The notes beneath the pieces were generated by a model that was not told the origin of the DNA, did not search any database, and saw only the letters and a list, made by a program, of their open reading frames with translations. From the NCBI GenBank assembly GCA_044892505.1, contig CM097882.1, positions 247,380,001 through 247,444,000 on the forward strand: a DNA stretch of 64,000 bases, written 5' to 3'. The DNA comes from Schmidtea nova. Its lineage: Eukaryota. Positions 26,701 to 39,000 of this stretch are shown one piece after another. How positions within the stretch are numbered: the first letter of the stretch is position 1; each line of letters starts with the position of its first letter. Position numbers and translations under genes: made by a program.

Positions 26701-27010
26701 GGATATGTACAGCAAATGAAAGATGAGGTACTACATACGACAAAATCAAATTTAGATAAAGCCGCTACTTCTATGCAAGAAAAAGACATAAACAAACGAG
26801 GAACAAAGCTCTTCAAGGTGGGAGAGAGAATATTTGTAAGAATTGAGCCAAACAAACGAAAAAAAATGGCGAACAGTACGTAGGACCTTTTGAAATTTTA
26901 AAATTCCTGTCACCAAGACAAGTAGCACTACAATTCCAAAACTCAGTAAAGACGAGACGAATCGAATGGTTGAAGAGATGGAAATCAAATTGAAGAGGGA
27001 GAAGTTATGA
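23800..27010 (+). mobile_element. Degenerate Ty3/Gypsy internal fragment (gag knuckles, PR, RT, RH, IN)
   Basis: CFCCRESNHLRFQC, WDSGASIS, KKDGSIRMC, YLDD, TDASFGAVGAVL, LTDKGRVF and QSNGLAE. Purine tract GAAGAGGGAGAAG at about 26992-27004. No paired LTRs seen. Confidence 0.88.
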
Positions 27011-27233
27011 AATGTGTCAATATTAAAATAATAATATTGTTTTAATATTGACAATTAAAATAGTTGAGCGTTGTTTTTAAATATAATTTGCATTATGAGT
27101 AAACCGACTTTTACTGCCATGCTTGTTCTAAATACAAAGTTTTGTGTTGATATCGTAAGTCTTTCTATTTTAGTCTCACGACTTATTGGGCGCACCACAT
27201 ACAATTCTTAACTTCCAAGAAGAAAGAATATGT

Positions 27234-27983
27234 GGTGTCAGGACGAAATTACACAAGACGAAATTACACAAGACGAAATTACACGAGACGAAATTACACA
27301 AGATGAAATTACACGAGACGAAATTACACAAGATGAAATTACACTGAGACGAAATTACACTGAGACGAAATTACACGGGATGAAATTACACAAGACGAAA
27401 TTACACTAAAAAATAGTAAGTTTAAAAAATGATAACTCTTTGATTATATTATTAAGAAATATATTTTGGTAAAATTCGTTATTAACAATTATATTCAGTA
27501 TCAGAACTTATCTAATATAACCTTAGTATCAGAACCTTTCTAGCAGAACCTTTGGTAGCAGAACCTCTTTTGTGATGGTTTTTACCTGTAAAAGATTCAT
27601 ATTGTATATTCACTTATATACTATTATTGATACATTTTCATTAAATTTATCACGTAGCAGAACCTTTCTAGCAGAACCTTTGGTAGCAGAACCTCTTTTG
27701 TGATGGTTTTTACCTGTAAAAGATTCATATTGTATATTCACTTATATATTTTATTAAACTTTTATTAAAATTTGAACTATTTTTTTAATTTTATTTTTTA
27801 CTATTTTTTAGTGTAATTTCGTCTTGTGTAATTTCATCCCGTGTAATTTTGTCTCAGTGTAATTTCGTCTCAGTGTAATTTCATCTTGTGTAATTTCGTC
27901 TCGTGTAATTTGATCTTGTGTAATTTCGTCTCGTGTAATTTCGTCTTGTGTAATTTCGTCTTGTGTAATTTCGTCATGTAACC
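27234..27983. mobile_element. MULE/Mutator-type MITE (750 bp) with subterminal 15-bp repeat arrays
   Basis: 9-bp TSD AGAATATGT (27225-27233 and 27984-27992). GGT..GACGAAATTACACAAG inverted ends. Internal direct repeat of about 90 bp. Confidence 0.85.
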
Positions 27984-30509
27984 AGAATATGTATCACCAG
28001 CGACTATACCAATCTCACAGTTGAATTCATTACGATATTTTTGTAATTCTTTATACTGGAGGTGATACATCCTAGGTTTTGATAAATCCAGTACAGTTTC
28101 ACCAATGTAGTTGGGTCTATCTCAACACACAGAGTCCTTATTAAGCAAGACAGAAACTAGGTCATCATCAATTCTATAAGTTTTTCGAAAAGTATGTTTT
28201 GAAGTATATGTAATCAGTTTTGATGCTGAATTACATTAGTCGTAAATTAAATCGTTTCTTAAGAATTTCAACCGTTTTTCCATAAAGACTATTATTCAAG
28301 AGTTTGTAATAGTTTTATCTAAAGCCGTAGAAGATGCTGTCCTAAGTTCAGTGTTCGTATATATGTATTTTCTAAAAATGGGTTTCTGTTTGTACTGAAC
28401 AGCCCGATGGTGCAAGTCATAGCTCTATAAATTATGAAAAATAACGGGTAAAAACTTGTATAAACGACGGGATTTGAAACAAGAATTATATTCTGCATCC
28501 AAAAATTTACCAGTGTAGTGATCATGGTCTCTGACTAGTTGTACTAAAGTTTTCTTACAAAGATAACAAATAGTAGTAGAAGCAAAAGATTGTTGATTAG
28601 CCGCTGTCATAAAAAGAGGTTTATTGTAATTATTTTTATAAAAAGGATAAACAATAGTTTCAGAAATATCACTAATTTCAGTAAGAAAATTAGTCACGCA
28701 ATCAAGACCTAAGAAACTCTTATATGTTTTTTCGCCAATAAAATTATTTACTAGTAAACGACTGGCAGATATTGGGACATTTCTTTGAAAATATTTTTCA
28801 TCAGTAGGTAAGATTGCCTCAAAATCGGCGTAAACAACAAAACGTGGGGTAATTGTTTTTCCCCAATTACTAAATTTCAAATTATTATTTCTAGGCAGAG
28901 TATAAAGAATTGTGCCTAATTGATCCTTAGCACACAACTGTTGATGACAATCGAATGCTTCCTGTTTTCGAAATCCATTCAAGCATCGATGATACCATAT
29001 AATTTGAATGCGAGTATTAGAAATTGAACGATCATCAAGATTCAAAAGCCTATCAAGATCGGTGACTGCAATATAATGATATGCATCACCACTTTCTAAC
29101 AAAATTAATTGATTAGAATTCCCCCAAAAACTTTCGACCTGCAGATAATGTCAACACAGGGATGTTTCGAAACTTCAGGATTTGTCAAAGTATCATGCAA
29201 AGCATCTTCATTATAAGATAAAACATTAATAGCAAGTCAAGGGTTTTTAGCCTCAAAATTTGGAATATTACAGATTCTCATGGGCAATTCTGAAGGGTTA
29301 AAGCTAAGATCAGAAAGATTATAATTATTTGCCCTATTTCTATTATTATCTACCTCATCATATTTCAAAATAGCCAAGATGCTATAAATGAAACATAAAT
29401 CATCGGAATTAATTAAATGTACTGTACAATGTTTTGGCAATAAATTGTAGTATTATTATGACCTCTGCCACTCAATCGAATTATTTCAACAAATTTAGTT
29501 ATTGCAAAATGAATTTCGTTGAGTTTGTTGATAACCCAATTACTTCCCTTTTCATTAATTAAAGATGTTTTTTCATTTAAAAGAGTGATACCTTCATCAA
29601 AAAAAGGTATCACTCATTGGTCTTGCAGGGTTTGAAATAATGAATGATTTTTTCAAACTTTTTCAAACTCTACGTCAACACAAAATTGTATTTGACAGAC
29701 CCCATTTCATTAATAACATCATTTAATTTATTAACTAAAATATCTGGTAAAATTACAGTTTTTAAAGCCAAGATAGAGACAACCATTTTCACAATGGCGT
29801 GTGATTTTCTTAAATCAAACTTAACATTAGGAAAAAAGGGAACCACCATATTGAACATCTATGATGGGTTCATCATCAGAAAGATCAACTATTTCAGAAG
29901 GAACAGCTGTATCATCGTCATCAGAAACAATCACTATATCGTCGTTATCAGTAAGTACAACTATTTCATTTAATTTAATTTATTTATTTGGGGTGGGATC
30001 ACAGATTAGTGTTTTTCTTTTATTATTATTAATATATTTATTATTAATAATATTTTTATTATTAATATTATTTATATTATTATTATTAATATTATTTATA
30101 TTATTATTATTATTAATATTATTATCATTAATATTATTAATATTATAATATCGATTTCTTTGAACATTGAAATTGATTCAAATGTTCACAATAAAACTTA
30201 TAAAAGTCTACATAAGAAGAGACAGAAGTAGAATTACAAGTGGGACAAATTAGGTAAGTGATGCGGTTATGGGTGTAAGAATAATATCGCTCCATTGAAT
30301 CATGATAGGTTTCATCATGATAAGATGAATGACAATATTGAGGATATAATCCGCTTATAAAAAATAAAAAATAACAAAAATATGCATATAAAAAATTAAC
30401 ATGTAAAATCAATTAAAAAATATCATTAAAGCGTGTATATGCACACATTAATAATAATCAATGAAAATCAAATAAAATGTCAAACAAATTTTGATTGCAT
30501 AATATAAAT

Positions 30510-30820
30510 TTAGAAAACATATATAAATGATCTAACAAAATATAGATTTCATTTTAAAAATGTTTCAACTTAAAAGTAAGTTTTATTATTTAAAAATGAA
30601 TATTTTTTAATGTTTTATTGTAGGATCGGAAAAGTTAACCAAACAAGAAGTTATGAAAATTATTTGCATTTAGAAAACATATATAAATGATCTAACAAAA
30701 TATAGATTTCATTTTAAAAATGTTTCATTTTAAAAGTAAGTTTTATTATTTAAAAATGAATATTTTTTAATGTTTTATTTTAGAATCGGAAAAGATGACC
30801 AAACAAAATGTTATGAAAAT
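30510..30820 (+). repeat. About 160-bp tandem duplication inside the right end of the Polinton
   Basis: TTAGAAAACATATATAAATGATCTAAC..GGAAAAG occurs twice. Confidence 0.8.
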
Positions 30821-31744
30821 TATTCTTGAAGAAAATTCAATTTCGGCAGCTAATTTGGTCAGAAATCCTGCAGTACAATTTCTTCAATATTCGATGGAAT
30901 ATTTAAAATTCCCAATAACATATTCATTTAAAGTAATTAATTTATCAAAAACAATTATTATTATTTTCTTTATAGGAACCAGTTACATTGAAACAATCAT
31001 TTTACAATATTCAAGTTGGAAAGTTTGGAGATATCGATAGACGAAATATAAGTGAAATTTTACTAGCAATCAATAAAGAAATGTAATTTAATGACGATTT
31101 CACGTTCATGAATATTAATAAAGATTGTAATTTTGAAAATCATGAAGAAAATTCAATGTTGTTGCAATCAATAAAGTGTTGATGAAAATCAACAAGAAAT
31201 TATCTTGCAGTGAAACAATATATTTCAACAACAAGAAAACTTACTTCCATGACTCATTTCAATCCGTTGAATTTATGGACAATGAAAATTAGTTTATTGA
31301 TATATTGATTCAAGGCTATAAAGTAGATCCAAAGGAAGCAGTGTCTCCGATTTGGAAAATCAATAGCGCTAGAATCACTTAATATACTTTTAATCAATGT
31401 TATAATCAATTCTTGATTTTTTGAAAATTTTTGTATTTTTTGAAAATTTTTAAATTTTTGAAAAAAATTTTTGTTTTTAAAAGTTTGACCTTAAAAATTT
31501 TGAACTTGACCTTAAGGTGATCTAGACCTTTGAACTCAAGTTGACCGCATATGTTGTCCTTAAAATGACCTTAAAAATTAAAAATTAATTTTTATGACTC
31601 ATCGTTTGTGTGAAAAAAATTATGGAGGGTCTCAAAAAAAAGTACCCCATGGGGTTTACTTGATTTTGATTGGCTATGACTCACAGATGACGTCATATGT
31701 ATTTGTTCTGGAGTGCACATATCTGTCTACTATTTACACATCAC

Positions 31745-31746
<2 letters not shown>

Positions 31747-31782
<36 letters not shown>
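31747..31782 (+). repeat. (TA)n microsatellite
   Basis: Directly visible. Confidence 0.95.
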
Positions 31783-31784
<2 letters not shown>

Positions 31785-32268
31785 CATTTTTTAAAGGTTT
31801 TTTTTAATTAAAAAAATATTTTTTATCATATTGTAAAAAATTGTGATAGATAAATAAAAGTTAATATACATTCTTTTTTTATTTATAAACGAACCATCAA
31901 GTTGAGATACTCGGAATTTCAATATATTCTTTAGTCTTTTTTTCGTTCTGCTAGCATAAGTTCTTTTCATTTTAATATAAAAAGGGACAAATATTTAGAG
32001 AATATCTATGCTATTATATTAAAACTATCTATTTTAAACAATTACTTATATTAAAATACTGGAAATAGAATAATTATAACAAGCATTAAGAGCTACTATA
32101 AATATAAGAAAGAGTATATTCAGAGAAATATTCAAATATTAGTATAAGGAAAATATAATGAAAGATTTCAAAAGATATATTAAAACTAGAATATAGGATA
32201 CAAGTCTAAGGGAAAGGAATAAAAAACTAGAATAATAATGGAAACAACACAAATGAGATATAGAGATA

Positions 32269-32874
32269 TTAACGATGAATAAAAAGAATATAAATTAGAA
32301 TATAATTTAGTTTTTTATTGCTAGCAACCAATTTGTCTTTCATAACAGCATCAATGTCAATCATCAAATGAAAGGCCAAATAAGCAACCAATAGGCCTCC
32401 AAATGTTTCATTCATTTGCCAATAAGTGAGCAACCCGAGTTTGTTATCATTAGGTTGTTGTTTGTAACGAACACTACGAAAAAGAATAGAGAAAGGCTCT
32501 CTGTGATTTGTTCGGCTATTGATTTGAGACCAAGATAACCAGCGAGCTTCAGGGATTTGTATAACGTTGTTGAGTTGTTTATTTGCATCATGAATAAATG
32601 TGATCACACAAGGCACAGTGAAACCTTTTACGCAGTCATAATCTCGTTTTATCGCTTTTGCGGTGCACATCTTGGAAATTGTGATCAATGATTTAGCTAA
32701 ATCCATCCTGAAAGACACCTCTGAATCGTTGCAAATTAATATTAAAGCATTCAATAATGCTGATGAAATGCTGCTGCTGTTTTCTGAATATTGTCGGCTC
32801 TGAATATACATCATGGCTTTTTGCAACGCTTGTTTACGATAGAAATAATCTTCATTTTGAACTGCACTTTTCAT
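32269..32874 (-). CDS. Unknown 201-codon ORF (possible exon or transposon cargo)
   Basis: ORF track, higher GC than its flanks, downstream of a GCGCACACAGACGC array. No domain recognised. Confidence 0.35.
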   Translation of the reverse strand: MKSAVQNEDYFYRKQALQKAMMYIQSRQYSENSSSISSALLNALILICNDSEVSFRMDLAKSLITISKMCTAKAIKRDYDCVKGFTVPCVITFIHDANKQLNNVIQIPEARWLSWSQINSRTNHREPFSILFRSVRYKQQPNDNKLGLLTYWQMNETFGGLLVAYLAFHLMIDIDAVMKDKLVASNKKLNYILIYILFIHR

Positions 32875-33239
32875 TAGAAAAAGTTTATGTATCCCTAATT
32901 CAAAGATTCAAATCCTCAAAATCGAAAATAAATTGTTCTCAACAAACTCAAATTTCCAGCCCAGAAAATCATAAAATCCCAAATTGGATTAAATAAACAA
33001 AAACCAAATCTAGAAATAATTAACTAAATTCAACCATAATTCCACAAATCAATTAATCGAACATAAATTCCAAAAAAGGCAACCTGCGCACACAGACGCG
33101 ATAACAATCTCTAAATGCGCACACGGACGCGAGAGCAGCACAAAAAATGAAATGCGCACACAGACGAAAAAACAATCCCAAACATCAACGCGCACACAGA
33201 TCCACAAAGTACTAATCCAACACATTCGAACAATAATAA

Positions 33240-33760
33240 TAATAATAATCTCATAATTATCTTTTTTCACCTTTGATCTTTTTTTATTATTATAATCAAT
33301 AATTCTCATAATGACTATAGATCAAATTTTTTTTTTATAAACAATAAAAAAAAAATTTTGATATATAGTCATTATGAGAATTATTGATAATAATAAAATT
33401 AATAATAATAATAATAATAATTATAATAGTTATAATAATAATAGACTTTTTACATCAAAAAATACAAACCTTCCATAAACATTCAATTCGCACAAAAAAT
33501 CATGTTTAAAAAGAGAATTAAAATAATTTTATCTTTCATCCAATAAAATCTTTATAAAATATAAAATAAATAATTAAGGTTAGTATATAGGATTAAGTTA
33601 ATATAACGATTGAAATATACACTTGATAAAGGCTGTGCCGAAATATCGTGTACTTATTTAAAGAAATTTTGATCTTTAGTCATTATGTGAATTATTGATA
33701 TGAATAATACAAAAAGATCAAAGGTGAAAAAAAATAATTATGATAATGATAATAATAATA
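33240..33760. repeat. Small inverted-repeat (MITE-like) structure
   Basis: ATCTCATAATTATC..CACCTTTGATCTT..CTCATAATGACTATAGATC (33245-33325) is inverted at about 33665-33755. Confidence 0.5.
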
Positions 33761-34164
33761 ATAATAATAATAATATTAATTTTATATTAATATATTTAAT
33801 ACTTAATGCTGCTACCAAGGAATCACCATTTTATACTCTCTAAAAGCCTGAACTAGGCTCAAACCTTGGATTTACCGAATCTAACTGGCATTAATAAAAA
33901 GATTCCAAAGTAATACAGCCAAATATACTTCCTACGTCGTTGTAAAGAATCAAACGTGAAACCAATGACTATTGAAAACATCTATCAACCGCTAATACTA
34001 AAGCAAAATAAAAACAACAAACTAAACAAAACCGTAAAAGAACATATCTTATCAAGTCTAATCAGAAGCCTGTATGGAGAAGTTCACTGAGAAACAAACA
34101 GACAAGACTATTTCATGCTAGCATGTACGCCTAAGCATCCAAGAGACTTAATATACGAAGTACA

Positions 34165-34894
34165 GAGACACGTGTTCGTCACAGCGAATACACATACTTT
34201 TCTGAGACTAAAAATTAGATTCATGAAACTCTTAAGAAAGAATGAAATGAAAACCGGCCCCAATATGTACATACATAAATTAGACGAGAATATTTCCTTT
34301 AATAACGATAAATAATTATTACAATGTACACTTAAGTACCTGCCATTTATTGCGTGACCGTCACACAACAAAGTGTTAAAATTATCAAGTAGACTTATTA
34401 AATGATGTTAATGTTGAGCATTGTTTGGATCTTCACTATAATTGATGGACCAAAGATTATTTACGTAAATCATTTTATAAGGCCACATTAATTACATTTC
34501 GCAATGGTACGTCATTGAAAGCCATTTCTTCATCTAGCAAATTTGGCATTCCACTTCTGACCCGATATTGAGTTTGTATTAAATTAAAAATTAAACACAA
34601 TGCCAGTTAAATGTCCATAAGCTAAACTTTAATTTGTCCTAGCATGATATCGGTTATGATCTTTATTTGTCAAAGTGATTATATCAACTTTCTACACTAA
34701 ATATTAATGTATTCACTCGCTGGTCGAGATTCTGCTGCGACATCTATTGAATTATGTCAATGACTGCCAATACTTTTTATTGTTATTCTTTATTAAAATC
34801 AGTTACATTTTAACAAAACTAATTTACCAATCAATTGAATTAACCCAATTTGATCCAGTGTCCTGTTTATAGGACAGTAGAATAAATTGATTTG
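34165..34894 (+). repeat. Left half of the interrupted host repeat (continues at 63208-64000)
   Basis: Matches the reverse complement of about 506-1233. Confidence 0.9.
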
Positions 34895-35421
34895 TGCTGG
34901 GATTATGGGTGGGTTTTACGTAATTCAAATAAACAATTAATCATACTAGGGATTCCGCGCCCATAACCATACATAACATGACTACTACACGCGTATGCCC
35001 TTGACTATTCCCCACTAGTCAAGTTGGTACTGCATACGGTGGTGGAAAAATGATGGGCAGGTGAGCTTTGTCGCCAAAACTACTCCCCATTTATCTTCCC
35101 TCGGGTTCTTGCTGCCGATAGAAGGTCTTACGCATTTACATTCTATGGATGTTCGTTTCCTACTGAATTTTATACTACATATCCCTATGATCTATCACAC
35201 GCTTTTCCCAATGACGCTCTCCCTCGCTGTTCTACAAGCCTACGAAAACTCTCGCTGCTAAGTAACGGTCGGTGTAGGTTTTACGATGCGATTTTTAGTT
35301 CTACGAATTACTTATGTAGTCTTATTTTATTTAGTGAAATCACACGATGAGAGAAAAAATTTACACAGTAATACTTTATTAAAATAATAAAGACAGGTTG
35401 TTATGTTACATGGAGATTTTC

Positions 35422-36006
35422 CTATTCAAACTCCAGGCTAATCTCCTGGATTAACTCTGCTTCGGTTAAGGAGTTCAGGTGGTGAATTTGTTCGTCCAGG
35501 CGCCTTGCAAATTCTCGGCGACGACGACGCTGTCGCGATCCCATTCGATGTTTTCGAAGCTGTGGGTTTATGGCCGGTGCTGACGCTATTGTTCTCGGGG
35601 GATCACTGGGAAAAATAGGCAAATCTTCCGTTGTAAGAGTGGGTGCCATGATGATTTCCTCTTCCGTCCCGCAAGCGACATCTTGGTGAGTGCATTGTAT
35701 CCAGCGCTGAGCCGTGATCGGCCGGATTAGCGCTCGTAATTCGGAGTCGATGTAACTTCTTGTTACTGCGTTCAGGCAATTTCGGAGTTCTCGCTGGACG
35801 GCATCTAATTCCAATTTGGTTGTAGCCAATGCTTCCTGCACTCGCTCGAGTTTTTTCGACTGGTCCTTCATCTGTTCGGGCGAGAACCACTTCGCTTTCA
35901 ATTCATCATTGGCGACCGTGAGTCGCTTGATCTGTCGCTGCTGGTCCCTCAGCTTTCTCTCTTGAATTTGTCCCATGATTTTCTTCGAATTTTCTGAAGT
36001 CGGCAT
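35422..36006 (-). CDS. LTR-encoded 194-aa coiled-coil protein with an Arg-rich motif (3' LTR copy)
   Basis: ORF track. N-terminal coiled coil; RKHRMGSRQRRRRREFARR. A diverged homolog lies at about 9.4-9.9 kb. Confidence 0.72.
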   Translation of the reverse strand: MPTSENSKKIMGQIQERKLRDQQRQIKRLTVANDELKAKWFSPEQMKDQSKKLERVQEALATTKLELDAVQRELRNCLNAVTRSYIDSELRALIRPITAQRWIQCTHQDVACGTEEEIIMAPTLTTEDLPIFPSDPPRTIASAPAINPQLRKHRMGSRQRRRRREFARRLDEQIHHLNSLTEAELIQEISLEFE

Positions 36007-36322
36007 GTTGTCTGAAGATTATAACGATAAATTCACTGGAGGGCCTATCAACAATGTTATTTTATTTAAACAACTATTATTATTATTAAACGAGATGTAT
36101 ATTAATGTTTTTAATTGTTGAGTTCTCTACAAAATTATTTAACTATCTAATCATTGAAGACTAAAAAGGTTTATTGAACTAATTTTATATTAATAAATGA
36201 ATTTCCTAATGACTATAACAACTACAATACTAAATCTACATGACAACACTATTAACAAAACGAACATTTCAGAATTCTTTAAAACATTTATTTAATTTAA
36301 AAACAGGCGGCCATTGATTCAG

Positions 36323-36799
36323 CTATTCATCCTCGGTCATTTTTCCTCGATACGAAAATACCGAGCGGATCTGCAAATTTGTATGGATTCCTGTGTTATT
36401 GGACGAGGCCTGCTGGAAACGGATTCTCTCAGCTTCTCGGAGGGGTCGGATGGCTGTATTGAACTTGAACCCCAATTCCTTGAAGGTAGAGGCTGGAATG
36501 AACCCCCAATAAATGACACATCTCGGGAATCCACCTTTGTCCAACATCATGATGAACCAGGCGGCGTGCCATGATTCGTATTCCTCGTCTGGAATGATTG
36601 GCCAACTAGCGCATCCCCGGTACCATACGTGGTGCCGTGGATGGTCCCATACTGTAAATGGACAGGCGGTTTCGAGCTCTCGGCGCCATGCCCACATCTT
36701 TTGATGGATTTGCTGTAAAATCTCGAAAGGAGCCGGCTTTAATGGGCTAACTCGGGCTCGTTCTTGTCGTTTTTTGATAGTGTATCTATGCTTAGCCAT
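36323..36799 (-). CDS. LTR-encoded 158-aa protein of unknown function (3' LTR copy)
   Basis: ATG-started ORF in a GC-elevated block with AT-rich flanks. Confidence 0.6.
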   Translation of the reverse strand: MAKHRYTIKKRQERARVSPLKPAPFEILQQIHQKMWAWRRELETACPFTVWDHPRHHVWYRGCASWPIIPDEEYESWHAAWFIMMLDKGGFPRCVIYWGFIPASTFKELGFKFNTAIRPLREAERIRFQQASSNNTGIHTNLQIRSVFSYRGKMTEDE

Positions 36800-38345
36800 G
36801 ATTCCAAAACGATGCTGAATTTTATAATAGTTACAATTTACATCAATAATTAATCATAGTAAATGTTATCTCTCATCGTGATTCCTCTATTATTTGCCTT
36901 CCCCTTAGACCTTAGCTGAAATCAAGAAAAAACTGTTGTTTGTTACAGTATGCATTACTCTCGTATCTACTTAGATTTATCTGTTTATGATCAATTTGAT
37001 AGACGAAAAAATGATGATTTGTCTGCTTGGATTTTCAAAATATTGGTACCTCAAAACGGAAACTCTCTCCCGTCATGTATCCCTAGTTTATTCGAAAAAA
37101 AAACGCTCTTTTGTACCAAACGCGGTCGACATAATTTTCCTAAGGTTTATTAGACGTTTATTAAACAGCGGCGCTATGGTGAGGGTGAAAAATTGTGCCT
37201 CCTCCCGGTTAACAACTTCTTTCATATCTTTAAGCTTTATCAAAAAATTCTCGTCCCCTCTGTAGCTAAAATGATCAGAAAATAATTTTCCGGATTTGTT
37301 GGGTGTCCCATGCGCAAGTCTCAACCACTACTGATAAAATTATGCTTTACTATTTATTACTTTACCGTGTGTGGAGCCCTCGAGCACCACGCCACGGACG
37401 GACACCTTGGGAACCTAAAGCTCCCAACGGCGCAAAATTAATATGATCATTATATATTTTAATGTTGAGTCCAATCACAATAACGTTTAATTCATATAAC
37501 AAATTTCAACACATGAATGCATAAACACATAAATAATTAGATCAATAGATAAATGACAAAGCAAATGACACAATCATGAATAAAATAATACAGAAACCAA
37601 AATACCTAATTCGTCTGGGTTTGCTTCGATCGGTTCGTCTAGAATTCAAAGTCTATTTGATTAGTGAGCTAAATTTTACACTCTCAACTGACGTTGTAAG
37701 ATTAGGTATTAAGTCTGTTTTATCCAAAGTCTGATCAGTATTTATACTGATCAGTCTGATCTAGACTGACCAATCGGATTTGGCCGATTTCATGGTGGGT
37801 TTTAATTATTGTTTTTGATTCTAATTAATTTTTATTTTTTTAGATTGTATTCTTCCTTGGAGGTCCGGGTTTCAAAAACAATTATTCAATAACAAGTACT
37901 TTTATTTGGTTTTAATTATTATTATTTGTATTTTATTTGTTTTTAGATGTCTCCTGGGCCCGTTAATATCTATAAATTCATTTATTTTTATTTATAGCTT
38001 GTACTTAGTTATTCTATATTTTTACTATATTATTCCTTTCTTTTAATAAATAAATATTCCCCTTTTTACCTTATTTTTCTCTTTTTTGTTTTAATTAATC
38101 TACTTTTATTTCATTTTTTTCTCTATTTGGCTGGCCCAACATCACTCGGGGACCCCTAAAATTGCGTCCCGCAATTAATTATACATTTACACCTATATCA
38201 TCATACATAAAAATTAAGCAGATAAATGTCAATTTACATATACACAAAGAATCACGTAAGGTGATAGATTTTATACGTAAGCACAAAGTCATATTATTGT
38301 TAAATGTAAGTGGATCATACATAAAGTGAATGTAATATATCAGTT

Positions 38346-38918
38346 TTACACAAGCTCTTTGATTTCATGATTGGTATTGGATTGGATAGGGGTTCTTTCG
38401 CTGATTGTTCGTAGTTCGTAGTGGCTTTGGATTCGGTTTAGGTGTTTTCTCATTCGCTTTTGGGTTCTGATGTCTTGTATTGTTGTTCGATTCAGGATGA
38501 CATGTTTTTGTTTTAAGATCTTCACTCGGTATGATGTTATGAGGATTGTGATCGCGATAATGGTCACGCTGAGTGCAAGGATTATTATAATTGCGATGAT
38601 CCATTTTTCTTGATATTCTATCTCTGCTTGGGCTAAGCTTTTTATGGGTTCTCGACCTTCTTTTAGGGTTTTTCTGATTGTTTTCAATTTGATTCGATGT
38701 TCATATAGGACCTGTTGAAATTTTTCATCGTTTGGGTTGTCTGATGTTATCTGTTGAAGTTGGGTGATTTCTTGTGTTGCTTCGCTGATTAGTTTATCTA
38801 GTTCTTGATAGGTTTTCTCGGGTAGGGCTCGTAGCTCCTTCTCTGTGAGTTGAAGATCTTCTCTTTGTAGGGTGATTGTTATTAGGTATAGGAATATCGG
38901 TATTCGGAGCTTTTTCAT
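38346..38918 (-). CDS. 190-aa predicted membrane protein (hydrophobic N-terminus, coiled coil, TM helix)
   Basis: N-terminus MKKLRIPIFLYLITITLQ; TM WIIAIIIILALSVTIIAITILITSY; basic tail. Confidence 0.75.
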   Translation of the reverse strand: MKKLRIPIFLYLITITLQREDLQLTEKELRALPEKTYQELDKLISEATQEITQLQQITSDNPNDEKFQQVLYEHRIKLKTIRKTLKEGREPIKSLAQAEIEYQEKWIIAIIIILALSVTIIAITILITSYRVKILKQKHVILNRTTIQDIRTQKRMRKHLNRIQSHYELRTISERTPIQSNTNHEIKELV

Positions 38919-39000
38919 ACTGTTTTCTTTACAGGTAGGTCAATACAATTTGATACTACATTTCATACAATTATTTACAAAAATATATTTTCCGCTTTAT

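Larger units (their letters stand above)
22930..27199 (+). mobile_element. Mariner-family DNA transposon, interrupted by a Gypsy fragment
   Basis: TIR CGTGGTGCGCCCAATAAGTC / GACTTATTGGGCGCACCACA, with TA duplication at 22928-22929 and 27200-27201. Confidence 0.9.
22446..29640 (-). pseudogene. Protein-primed DNA polymerase B, split by two insertions and internally deleted
   Basis: Exo I YADFE (ORF 28425-29102). Motif B KLLNNSLYGK (about 28270-28305). Motif C reconstitutes as AGDTYSFFLE. C-terminus KFKDE..LRPKCYS..KAKGI..DDKR..YGHY (22446-22853). Confidence 0.9.
11116..31731. mobile_element. Polinton/Maverick element, decayed, with nested insertions
   Basis: Termini AGTAGACAGAT (11116) and ATCTGTCTACT (31731). 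ATTTAC is duplicated at 11110-11115 and 31732-31737. Inverted terminal homology is about 650+ bp. It contains ATPase, integrase, minor-capsid and pPolB remnants. Confidence 0.9.
34895..38141 (-). repeat. 3' LTR (element orientation)
   Basis: Direct repeat of 59961-63207. Same length, identical ORF translations, no differences in the stretches compared by eye. Confidence 0.97.

Noticed and set aside
27015-27053. Perfect 14-bp inverted repeat after the Gypsy purine tract
   Set aside because: Very AT-rich, and no second LTR copy is available to assign it a role.
27870-28070. KLH-repeat ORF (likewise 20494-20706 and 29861-30148)
   Set aside because: Mostly translations of 15-bp arrays or ATT-rich low-complexity DNA.
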